Part shown: piece after piece, positions 19,163 to 28,183 of the stretch | Numbering within the stretch: position 1 is the stretch's first letter | Layout of the letters: each line of letters opens with the position of its first letter | NCBI GenBank assembly: GCA_965218795.1 | Contig: OZ244653.1 | Coordinates: 96,001 to 160,000, forward strand | Source of the DNA: a bacterium | GTDB taxonomy: Bacteria; UBA8248; JACPRG01; G963555815 | Direction of reading: 5' to 3' | DNA: 64,000 bases | Notes under the pieces: generated by a model | Databases searched by the model: none | The model's input: the letters and a program-made list of their open reading frames with translations, nothing else | Told to the model about the DNA's origin: nothing | Translations under genes and position numbers: made by a program

Positions 19163-22100
19163 ATGCAAGATAATGGCGCGATTTACAAGGCACTGCGAAC
19201 CTTCGCCGACACGGTGACGGACAAAACGTCGCAGGTCACGGCTGGCGAGCCGGAAGAGCAGTTGCGCGCGCCCTTCGAGACCTTCATGTCCAACGTGGCC
19301 GCCGCTCTCGGATGGGAGGTCGTCTGCACCGGCGAAACGCCTTTGCCAGAGCGTCTCGGCCGTCCTGATTACGCCGTTCACAAGAGCAGGCTGCTCGCCG
19401 GATACGTCGAACTCAAGGCACCCGGCGTCGGCGCCACCGCCAGCCGTTTCACAGGCCGCAACCGCGAACAATTCAACCGCTTCTCCTCCATACCGAACAT
19501 CCTCTACACAGACGGCAACGAATGGGCGCTCTATCGCGGCGGCGAGCGCGTGGGCAAGGTCGTCCGTCTCTCGGGCGACGTTGCCGCCGACGGCGGAAAA
19601 GCCGCTACTTCTGAAAACGCTCTGGCTTTGGATGCCCTCTTGCGCGATTTTCTCCTGTGGGAGCCGATCATCCCCCGTGATCGCAGGGGCAAGGTCGATT
19701 TCAAAGGATTCGCCGATCTTCTGGCCCCTTTGTGCCGAATTCTTCGTGACGACGTGACCGATGCGCTCAAGGATACGGACTCGCCACTCGTCCGGCTCGC
19801 CGAGGATTGGCGGCAACTGCTTTTCCCCGAGGCCTCAGACGAACAATTCGCCGACGCCTACGCCCAGACCGCCGCTTTCGCCCTGCTCCTGGGCCGCAGT
19901 GAAGGGGCCGACCCGCTCACGCTCGACAGCGCCGAGGCCGCGCTCGCCGAGCAACACAACCTGCTTTCGCGCGCTCTACAAGTGCTCACTGACCCCGAGG
20001 CTCGCGACGAGATAGCCGCTTCCCTTGACTTGCTCCTGCGCGTCATCGCCGTCGTGCCGCCCGACACACTCGGCGGCCCGCAAGACCCCTGGCTCTACTT
20101 CTACGAAGATTTCCTCGCCGCCTACGATCCCGAGTTGCGCAAGAAAGCCGGGGTTTATTACACCCCCGTCGAGGTGGTCCACGCCCAGACGCGCCTGATC
20201 GACGATCTGCTCGTCAACCGGTTGAACAAGCCGCTCGGCTTCGCCGACCCCGGCGTCGTAACGCTCGACCCCGCCGTTGGCACGGGCACGTATCTGCTCG
20301 GCGTCATCGAACACGCCCTTGGCCGCGTCGAAGCGGAACAGGGCGCGGGAGCGGTCGCGGGCCAAGCCGCCACGCTGGCCGGGAACCTCTACGGCTTCGA
20401 GTTGATGGTCGGCCCCTACGCCGTCGCCGAGTTGCGAGTCAGTCGCGCCTTGAATGATCACGGTGCGTCGTTGCCGGCCGAGGGAACGCGCATTTACCTG
20501 ACCGACACGCTCGAAAGTCCCAACGCAGAGCCTCCGCAGATGCCACTCATCCTTCGACCCATCGCCGAACAGCACGAAAAGGCGCTCAAGGTGAAAAGCG
20601 AAGTTCCGGTCATCGTATGCCTGGGCAACCCGCCCTACGAACGACATGAAGCCGTAGATACGGAAACCGAGGACAACCTTTCCCAATACGGGGGATGGGT
20701 TCGATTCGGCGATCCCTTGTCCGACAATGTAGTCAAGGACAAAAGAGGGAGAGACAGGGAACTAAAAACCGCCAAAGTCAGACTCGAAAGAAGACAGGAA
20801 CTCTCTATTCTGAAGGATTTCATCGACCCCGCGATCGATGCCGGCCACGGCGGCGACGTCAAGAATATCTACAATCTCTACGTCTACTTCTGGCGCTGGG
20901 CACTGTGGAAGGTTTTCGAGCACGACACCGCCGAAGGCCCCGGCGTCGTCAGCTTCATCAGCGCGTCGAGCTATCTCGACGGCGACGCCTTTTGCGGAAT
21001 GCGCGAGCACATGCGCCGCCTCTGCGATGAGATATGGATTCTCGACCTCGGCGGCGAGGGACGCGGAACGCGCAAGGACGAAAACGTATTTGCTATACAG
21101 ACGCCCGTGGCCATTGCCGTGGCTTTCCGGTCGAAAGAGGCGAACCTGGACAAGCCCGCCAATGCGCATTACACCCGCATTGAAGGCAAGCGAGCGGAAA
21201 AACTCGCCAAACTCGACGAGACCAAGGGCTTAGAAACGATGGAATGGCGGGACTGCCCGGGCGACTGGCAGGCTCCTTTCCGTCCAGCGGGCGTGGGCGA
21301 ATACTTCGACTGGCCGATGCTGAACAACCTCATGCCGTGGCAGCATTCCGGTGCGGAGTTGAAACGAACCTGGCCGATTGGACCAGACGCGAAAACGCTT
21401 GAGCGACGCTGGCGAGAGCTTTTGCAGACCACTGATCGACCAAAGGCATTCCGTGAAACCGAAGACCGTACCGTCGCCGGTACATATCGTGTTGTTCTGT
21501 CAGGGGAAAGCGATTCGACGCCGATCGCCGAACTGCCGGATAACGCGCCTATGCCGAAAGTCCAGCGCTACGCATACCGCTCATTCGACCGCCACTGTAT
21601 CATCGCAGACGGCCGCTTGATGTCTCGGCCCCGACCCGACCTGTGGCGCGTCAACGGAAAATGGCAGGTGTATTTGACGAGCTTGTTTAACCATCCCCTT
21701 GGCAAAGGACCGTCATTAACGGTTTGTTCACATATTCCGGATTGTCATCATTTTCGAGGCTCCTATGGTGGCAAAGATGTTATCCCCCTCTATCGGGCCG
21801 CCGACGCTTCCGAGGCCAATATCCTGCCCAACCTACTCGAAATCCTCGGCGCGGCATACGAACATGAAGTCACGCCCGATGACTTTGCCGCCTACATCTA
21901 CGGCGTGCTGGCGCAACCGGCCTTTGCTGCAAAGTTTTTCACACAACTGGAAACTCGAGAATTGCATGTGCCCATCACAAAAGACGCCGCGCTGTTCCAG
22001 CAGGTTCGCGAGGCGGGCGCGCGATTGCTCTGGCTGCACACTTACGGCGAGCGCCTCGTCCCAGAGGACATACCCGTCGGTCAGATCCCCCGCGGCGCGG

Positions 22101-22540
22101 CGAGATGCGCCAAGGCTGTTCCCGGCGATGCCAACGGCTATCCCGAAGATTTCGATTACAACGATGCGACACGGACGATCCGCGTCGGCGAAGGCGAGTT
22201 CACGCCCGTCGCGCCCGAGGTGTACGGCTTCGAGGTGTCGGGTCTCAAGGTTGTGCAATCGTGGCTCAAGTACCGCATGAAGAAGGGAGCAGGCAGGAAA
22301 TCCTCGCCCCTCGACGACATCCGCCCCCAAAGCTGGACGAGCCGGTTTACGACCGAACTACTCGAACTGCTCTGGGTGCTGGAAGAGACGGTCGCAGGCT
22401 ATCCCGCACAAGCGGAATTGCTCGACGCCGTGCTCGAAGGTGAATGTTTCCGCGCCGACGAACTACCTCCCGTCCCGGACGAAATGCGTGAGCCATCTGA
22501 GATTCAAACAGGAGAAAGAACACAACAGGGATTCTTTTAA
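19163..22540 (+). CDS. Single-chain restriction-modification enzyme: PD-(D/E)XK nuclease + N6-adenine MTase + type ISP-like specificity domain, no helicase
   Basis: RPDY...GYVELK, GVYYTP, DPAVGTGTYL (motif I), GNPPY (motif IV), YRSFD, FRGSYGGK, GLKVVQSWLKYR. Confidence 0.88.
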   Translation: MQDNGAIYKALRTFADTVTDKTSQVTAGEPEEQLRAPFETFMSNVAAALGWEVVCTGETPLPERLGRPDYAVHKSRLLAGYVELKAPGVGATASRFTGRNREQFNRFSSIPNILYTDGNEWALYRGGERVGKVVRLSGDVAADGGKAATSENALALDALLRDFLLWEPIIPRDRRGKVDFKGFADLLAPLCRILRDDVTDALKDTDSPLVRLAEDWRQLLFPEASDEQFADAYAQTAAFALLLGRSEGADPLTLDSAEAALAEQHNLLSRALQVLTDPEARDEIAASLDLLLRVIAVVPPDTLGGPQDPWLYFYEDFLAAYDPELRKKAGVYYTPVEVVHAQTRLIDDLLVNRLNKPLGFADPGVVTLDPAVGTGTYLLGVIEHALGRVEAEQGAGAVAGQAATLAGNLYGFELMVGPYAVAELRVSRALNDHGASLPAEGTRIYLTDTLESPNAEPPQMPLILRPIAEQHEKALKVKSEVPVIVCLGNPPYERHEAVDTETEDNLSQYGGWVRFGDPLSDNVVKDKRGRDRELKTAKVRLERRQELSILKDFIDPAIDAGHGGDVKNIYNLYVYFWRWALWKVFEHDTAEGPGVVSFISASSYLDGDAFCGMREHMRRLCDEIWILDLGGEGRGTRKDENVFAIQTPVAIAVAFRSKEANLDKPANAHYTRIEGKRAEKLAKLDETKGLETMEWRDCPGDWQAPFRPAGVGEYFDWPMLNNLMPWQHSGAELKRTWPIGPDAKTLERRWRELLQTTDRPKAFRETEDRTVAGTYRVVLSGESDSTPIAELPDNAPMPKVQRYAYRSFDRHCIIADGRLMSRPRPDLWRVNGKWQVYLTSLFNHPLGKGPSLTVCSHIPDCHHFRGSYGGKDVIPLYRAADASEANILPNLLEILGAAYEHEVTPDDFAAYIYGVLAQPAFAAKFFTQLETRELHVPITKDAALFQQVREAGARLLWLHTYGERLVPEDIPVGQIPRGAARCAKAVPGDANGYPEDFDYNDATRTIRVGEGEFTPVAPEVYGFEVSGLKVVQSWLKYRMKKGAGRKSSPLDDIRPQSWTSRFTTELLELLWVLEETVAGYPAQAELLDAVLEGECFRADELPPVPDEMREPSEIQTGERTQQGFF

Positions 22541-22886
22541 GTGGAGAGACAGCCACTCCATGACCTCAAGTTACGGTGAGAATTTCGAGCCTAGAAAGAC
22601 AAGCGAAAAATGTAGAAATGGATGCTCGATTCCAGGGACACCATACTTGATGAATGACTTTCGGATGGGTCCGCCGCAGCCTCGACGAGGTGGTCGTCTG
22701 TGCAGCGGATCGAAAACAATTGAGAACGGCCAAAATAACCGGGGAATTCGGGGGGGGGGGGAACGGCCGGGAAACCGTCAAGGGTGTATGAGGTGCTGGA
22801 AGACCCTCCACCGCATCGGCCTTCGCCTCGCGGCTCGGCTTGTCTGGATTCCCGTCCCCGATTGAAACCTTCGAGGGCATGCTTGA

Positions 22887-23324
22887 GCGGGAATGACAAA
22901 TGGAAAATCCTACCGAAAAAGGCTCTGGAAACGCCTGTGAAAAGCCCTTGCAAGGGGGTTGCAATGGGCGTGCATGGACCGCGCCCGATGCCGACGATCC
23001 GTGAAGCGGAACGGCTATCTCCCCCCACCGGAAAATCCGCGGGCTGCGCCCTTGATTTGCCGACTCCCCCTCAAGGGGGGAGTGGTTATTGGAGCAGGAG
23101 GCCATGACTGGGTTCCCGCCTGCGCGGGAATGACAAGTGGAAAATCCCACCGAAAAAGGCCCTGGAAACGCCTGTGAAAAGCCCTTGCAAGGGGGTTGCA
23201 ATGGGCGTGCATGGACCGCGCTCGATGCCGACGATGTGTGAAGCGGAACGGCCTTTTCCCCCCACCGGAAAATCCGCGGGCTGGGCCCTTGATTTGCCGA
23301 CTCCCCCTCAAGGGGGGAGTGATT
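22887..23324 (+). repeat. Tandem duplication of a ~200-bp REP-containing module (period 237 bp)
   Basis: Near-identical copies starting GCGGGAATGACAA at 22887 and 23124. Confidence 0.9.
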
Positions 23325-23568
23325 GAAAGACCGGGAGCAGGCTGGCCAGGTGGGCGCCTGTCTGACGCTCAGCGGTGAGCTGTCCAGGAATCCCCGCCAA
23401 AAAGGCGGTTCAACCCCCCTCATGTCTTTAATTTGTCCCGGAAAAGGCGCTTGTTACGCGATTTTTAGGCGTTTGAGGCAAGAAAGCGACGGTCGAATTT
23501 CAGGGCGAAGGATCAGGCGTTCACGCGTACTTTGCGGAGCGCGCCGACGGCACCCACCGCCACTTCTG

Positions 23569-23638
23569 CACGGTATTCCACGGTATTCCACGGTATTCCA
23601 CGGTAAGACACGGTAAGACACGGATAAGCACGGTATTC
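23569..23638 (+). repeat. Seven tandem 10-bp units CACGG-N5
   Basis: CACGGTATTC x3, CACGGTAAGA x2, CACGGATAAG, CACGGTATTC. Confidence 0.9.
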
Positions 23639-23731
23639 TGGCCCCTACAGATATAAAAATAACTCTTCACAGTTCCGTAAGACTCGGACTTCGTTCGATT
23701 TCCGCAGCCCTGTTTGGGGAAAGAGGGAGGG

Positions 23732-24940
23732 TTACTTCCCGTTCGGTCTTTCCAGGTTGAAGAGCTTCAACGCGGTCTCGCCCAGGATGTTCCGCTTCGC
23801 CTGGTCGGACAGGAACGGCAGGTCGAAGATCGAGCTGGGCAAATCGAAGTCCTGGTGCGGCCAATCCGAGGCATAAAGGAGCTGGGTCTCGGCTTTAATC
23901 ATTTCAAAGTTCATTTCGAGCACTTTCATGTTGCTCCGCTCCAGGGGTTGGCCCGAAAAAAACATCTCCCGGATGTATTCGCTCGGAAGCCGTTTCAGCG
24001 CCGGCGCCTCGGAGCTGCGGAGCATGTACTCATTGTCCAGCCGCTGCATAATGAAGGGCACCCAGGCCAATCCGCTCTCGACCCACATGACTTTGAGATT
24101 CGGAAACCGCTCCGGCAGGCCGTGAATCACCCAGTTGACCAGATGCACCAGGTTCCATAAGACGAAGCCCACGGAGTGTACGCCGAGGAACCGGTGGAAT
24201 TGCTCCATCACGGGCTCGTGCCAGTAATACCCGGCGTGAAAGGCCAGCGGCAGCCCCCGCTCCTCGAGGGCCGCGTAAATCTCCACGTATTGGTTGTCTT
24301 GAACCGGTTTGTTCCGGACGCTGGTAATCATGAACCCGATCACGCCGGGCTCGCCCGCGAATTCCTCTATCGTGCGCAGGGTCGCCGCCGGGTCGTTGAA
24401 AGGCAGACAGATCAGCGTCTTGATCCGGTCGTCGACCTTGAGGATGTTTTCCACCATAAAGCGGTTGAACGCCTGGGTCAGCAGGATCTGCATAGGGATC
24501 TGCGGGCTCATCCCCAACTGGAGCATCGACGTAGGAAACACAACCATGTAGTCCACGCTGAGGCACTCCATGGCGCGCTGGATCAGGATGACATCGCGAT
24601 GAACATCCGAATCCTCGACCGACTCCCACAGTCCGCCTTCGTGAGGAATGCGCCCGCCCACGTCCTGGTAGAGCAGCCCGCCGGCCACGTTCAGGCCGTA
24701 GGCGGCGGCCTTCTCCGACGTCATGGCCTGGGAGCGGATGACGGGGTCTTCGATGTATTGGGCGATGTCTTTCCAGTGCAGGGATTCGACGATGTGGGAG
24801 TCCACGTCGAAGACGACGTAATCCTGAAGGTTCCGCTCCTTCGCTTGCTGTTTGGCGCGCGCCAGAACATCGCGCGTGTCCGTCACGGCGTCCATGACCT
24901 GGACGGGGAATTGTCGGTCGACCTGCAATCCTGACTCCAT
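23732..24940 (-). CDS. Amidohydrolase-fold protein, paralog of 28184-29452
   Basis: DVDSHIVE, FPT, WVESGLAW, SEAPALKRLPSEYIRE, LYASDWPHQDFD. Confidence 0.88.
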   Translation of the reverse strand: MESGLQVDRQFPVQVMDAVTDTRDVLARAKQQAKERNLQDYVVFDVDSHIVESLHWKDIAQYIEDPVIRSQAMTSEKAAAYGLNVAGGLLYQDVGGRIPHEGGLWESVEDSDVHRDVILIQRAMECLSVDYMVVFPTSMLQLGMSPQIPMQILLTQAFNRFMVENILKVDDRIKTLICLPFNDPAATLRTIEEFAGEPGVIGFMITSVRNKPVQDNQYVEIYAALEERGLPLAFHAGYYWHEPVMEQFHRFLGVHSVGFVLWNLVHLVNWVIHGLPERFPNLKVMWVESGLAWVPFIMQRLDNEYMLRSSEAPALKRLPSEYIREMFFSGQPLERSNMKVLEMNFEMIKAETQLLYASDWPHQDFDLPSSIFDLPFLSDQAKRNILGETALKLFNLERPNGK

Positions 24941-25092
24941 ACTCTTGTTCTCCTCCGGCAACTTCAGGGGGTTCGAAATTCCGGATGCTTCCGGCGTTGC
25001 CCGGCCCGGCGGAGGTGACGCCCTTTTTGCTCGGCCGCGAAGGCGCGCGAAGACCCCCCGAACCATCGAAAGGCGTTAAGAGAAGCAACGAC

Positions 25093-25133
25093 AGCGGGAC
25101 CAGGGCGGGCCGTCCGCCCGCCCTGGTCCCGCT
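25093..25133. terminator. Perfect 18-bp GC-rich hairpin just after the stop of the substrate-binding protein gene
   Basis: AGCGGGACCAGGGCGGGC-cgtcc-GCCCGCCCTGGTCCCGCT; no clear U-tract, so it may be an mRNA-stabilising stem instead. Confidence 0.55.
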
Positions 25134-25138
25134 CCTTC

Positions 25139-26137
25139 TCAGTTCTCCGGGAAAAACGCGTTGGAGTAGTACCGATCCGCGGCGAGCGGCTTCATTTTCC
25201 GGTACTTCGCCAACAGACGGATGGTGTTCTCCCAGTCTTCACTGGCCATCCAGCCGATGGGCTTGCCTTTGGATCGTTCCGTGTGCAGAAGGCTCAGTGA
25301 CATTTTCAGGTTCTCGATGGCGATCTTCTTCTTCGAGACGATCATGGGGGCCCGCTTCATCAGCATGTCGATCGACTTCTCCGGATCCTTCAGGGCCTCC
25401 GCAAACCCCTTCGTTGTGGCCTTGATGAACTTCCGGAGCATTGCTCCCCGGTTTTTGATGGTCTGGGTATGGGCAATCAGCCCGCCGCCAAGGAGACTCA
25501 CCTTATAGTCGGAGTAGCGAAGATAGGTAAGGTCCGCGCCTTGGGACGTCATCTCGGGAACGGAGGTGAAGTAGTTGAGAATGGCGTCCACCTTTTTGGC
25601 GAGAAGAAGCTGAGGCATCGAGGCCGGCCCCGCGCTCACCTGGATGATCTTCGACATGTCGATGCCGTTGGCGCTGGCGAAGGCGGGGAAGAGGATCCAG
25701 CCGCTGTCCGCCGGCCCGAACGCCAGCCGCTTTCCTTCCACGTCTTTCGGCTTTTTGATTCCTGTCTCCCTGTGTGAGATGACCGCCTGGGGCCCGCTTT
25801 GCAGGAAGGAGAAGATGGCCTTGATGGGGGTCTTTTTGGATATGCCGAAGGCGGCCGTGCCCAGATCGGACACGCCGATGTCCGCCTTCTTGGCCCCGAC
25901 CGCCTGAATGGCGTACGACGACCCTTTGCCCTCGACGTAGTTAACGTCCAGGCCCTCCTCCTTATAGAAGCCGCTGTCGATGGCCAGCCAGAAGGGGCTG
26001 GTGTTCGGCTGCCAGACCCACCAGTTCTGGAACTGGATCTTCTCTGCCGCATGTGCGCCGACCCCCAAGCTGAGAACCAGCCCGAAAACGGCGACCATCC
26101 TGAAAGCCCATTTTCGTGTCCGTCTCGTGAAAATCAT
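25139..26137 (-). CDS. NMT1/THI5-like ABC substrate-binding protein
   Basis: Signal peptide; FWLAIDSGFYKEEGLDV...GKGS, GIKKPKDVEGK. Confidence 0.88.
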   Translation of the reverse strand: MIFTRRTRKWAFRMVAVFGLVLSLGVGAHAAEKIQFQNWWVWQPNTSPFWLAIDSGFYKEEGLDVNYVEGKGSSYAIQAVGAKKADIGVSDLGTAAFGISKKTPIKAIFSFLQSGPQAVISHRETGIKKPKDVEGKRLAFGPADSGWILFPAFASANGIDMSKIIQVSAGPASMPQLLLAKKVDAILNYFTSVPEMTSQGADLTYLRYSDYKVSLLGGGLIAHTQTIKNRGAMLRKFIKATTKGFAEALKDPEKSIDMLMKRAPMIVSKKKIAIENLKMSLSLLHTERSKGKPIGWMASEDWENTIRLLAKYRKMKPLAADRYYSNAFFPEN

Positions 26138-26599
26138 CTCGAACCTCCCTCATCAGTTAAACGAAGAAAATGTCCACGCTCTTCATCCGTCAAGGCTGGA
26201 TTTCACGCGGCCACCGCCATCCAAAAGCAATGTCTCATACAGTTCGCCTTATACCTTCAACCCGGAATTCCCCATTTCAAATCCGGGCAGGCCTACACCT
26301 GCATCCTTCGATGCCGTTTGCCCATCAGAGCGATTTCTGGGGGACTTGTCAACACCAGTTCGGGCTCCTGAAACCCCAATTTCACCGGAGTCCGCCATGG
26401 GAAAACCATGCCACCCCGGCGTGTAAACAGGCTTCACCACCAGGTTGAAGCATAAGGGTCAGCATAGGGGCCAAGTCTTTTGTGGGCAAATATCGGCCTT
26501 CATTTTTCCCAACCTGACCTTGAACTTCTTGTCTGCCGTATTTCTGGATATGACCTGTGGCACGGCCATACGACTACGCCTTAGATTCCGGCTTCGAAA

Positions 26600-26760
26600 A
26601 TGCAGTCCACAGATTCCGCAGATTTCAGGAAAAGGAGAGAGGGAACGGGAGGGGACGAACAGTCACCGCCTGAACAACCATCGGTTGAAGATGCTCCCCT
26701 GCATGCGCTGCGAAGCAGCGTGAATAGGCAGTGGCACGGTTGAGTCGATGACTCTGCCGC
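26600..26760 (+). repeat. Dispersed repeat shared with 32330-32532 (partly also 16188-16230)
   Basis: AAAGGAGAGA..., GAACAGYCACCGSCTGAACARCCATCGGYTGAAGATGCTC and GCAGTGGCRCG blocks occur in the same order. Confidence 0.65.
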
Positions 26761-26968
26761 CCGGGGATTTTCAGGCAGAGATGGTAGGGGCGATTCTTCA
26801 GACAATAGGCGAAGACCTCAATCCCCAAAGCTCATGGGTCTCGGCGAGGGTGTTGAGAAACGCCTCGTCATCCTGTTTCTTCCGGAATATCTCCTGGCGG
26901 GCACACCGCCGGTTCATGATATGCTCGACTGTGTCAGGGGATTGAATCCGAAGAGGTGAGCGGACAGA
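26761..26968 (-). pseudogene. Second REP-associated tyrosine (Y1) transposase relic, N-terminal part
   Basis: PLRIQSPDTVEHIMNRR..RQEIF....DEAFLNTLAE...W/GIEVFAYCLKNRPYHLCLKIP, a degenerate form of the RAYT pattern H(V/I)xNRG...AYCLMxNHxHL; one frameshift. Confidence 0.7.
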
Positions 26969-27070
26969 CGGATTCAGGATCCTAAGGTGCTTGTAGCGCC
27001 TGAGAGGGAGGGAAAAAACACTTTAATCGGCATTACCTAATCACAATGGCCAAGGAGGGAGGGTTAAAAA

Positions 27071-28081
27071 ATGTTGAGACTCAGAGCTGTGGGAACTCTT
27101 CTCCGGGTTTTGGTGGTTGTCCTGGCGTTGACCTGGACCCCGGTGGCCCATGCCGCCAAGACGGTGAAGGGCGCGGTCTTCCCCTTCGGGTGGGACCGGA
27201 TGGTGGGCGAGTACATCACAGACACGGGTGTTACCAAGAAGTGGGGCGCAAAATATGGTGTAGACCTGAAGGTCTCCTATCCCCGGGACGACTTCGCCGC
27301 TTTCATGGGCAGGTCCGTCCAGATCGTCACCCTCAGCAGCATCGAGATCGCCCGGCTGGTGGGGGATGAAGGCCACGACATCGTCGTCTGGGGGAAGGAT
27401 ACCACGGCCGTGACAGACATCTATGTCCGGACCGATTCGCCATATCAGAGCCCGGCCGACGTCAAAGGGAAGAAGATTGTCATCCCCGGCTGGGACACCG
27501 GCGCCGCGCAGATCGGGGCGGTCATTCTCAAGGATTGGTATGGAATCGACCTCAAGAACGATTACAAGGTCGTGAGCGCGCCCTGGCCCATCGTGCCCAC
27601 GATCCTTGCCAAAGGCGACGCAGAGATGGCTCTCAACCAAGTCCCCCTGACCATGGTCCTCTTGATGGAGAAGAAGATCCGTCCCATCGTTTCGACCTAT
27701 GCAACGGAGTATGCCAAGCGGACCGGGACGGGCCATCTGCCCTCCATCGCGAATTTCTCTTCCTGGGGGAAGTTCTTCAACAACAATCCCGGCGCAGTGA
27801 GGGCTTGGCTCGGCGCGTGGAACGACGGATTGAAAAATGCCCACACCAACACGAAGGCGTGGGCCAGCAAGTATCGAAACTACATCAAGAAGGACCTGAC
27901 GGAGGAGCAGTTGAACTTCTTTGTCAATTGGTTCAAGAAAAAGCAGGCCATGTACGCGGACCCCTATCTGTCCCAGGAGTTCATCGACAACGAGATGGGA
28001 TTTCTCCGGAAGGCCGTCAAGGCCGGCTTCGTCAAACCCGCCGGACTCAAGCGAGACGTATGGAAGATTGTCCGGCCCTGA
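27071..28081 (+). CDS. NitT/TauT (SsuA-like) ABC substrate-binding protein
   Basis: Signal peptide ending AHA; VRTDSPYQSPADVKGKKI. Confidence 0.8.
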   Translation: MLRLRAVGTLLRVLVVVLALTWTPVAHAAKTVKGAVFPFGWDRMVGEYITDTGVTKKWGAKYGVDLKVSYPRDDFAAFMGRSVQIVTLSSIEIARLVGDEGHDIVVWGKDTTAVTDIYVRTDSPYQSPADVKGKKIVIPGWDTGAAQIGAVILKDWYGIDLKNDYKVVSAPWPIVPTILAKGDAEMALNQVPLTMVLLMEKKIRPIVSTYATEYAKRTGTGHLPSIANFSSWGKFFNNNPGAVRAWLGAWNDGLKNAHTNTKAWASKYRNYIKKDLTEEQLNFFVNWFKKKQAMYADPYLSQEFIDNEMGFLRKAVKAGFVKPAGLKRDVWKIVRP

Positions 28082-28183
28082 AGGAGAGACCCGACCGGAA
28101 ATGCCGCCGGGTCGGACCGTGCGGGTTGAAATTCCCGCTCGGCCGAGACTCCGCGAGTCTCCGAGTCTCTCCGGCGGCGAAAT

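Noticed and set aside
22751-22761. Poly-G run as a phase-variation switch
   Set aside because: It is intergenic within repeat debris, not in a gene or an evident promoter.
22566-23423. 285-aa ORF with an internal repeat, and similar ORFs at 9543-10807
   Set aside because: These are translations of the tandem REP modules and show no protein motifs.
23569-23638. CRISPR array
   Set aside because: Units are only 10 bp, there are no unique spacers of CRISPR length, and no cas genes are in the window.
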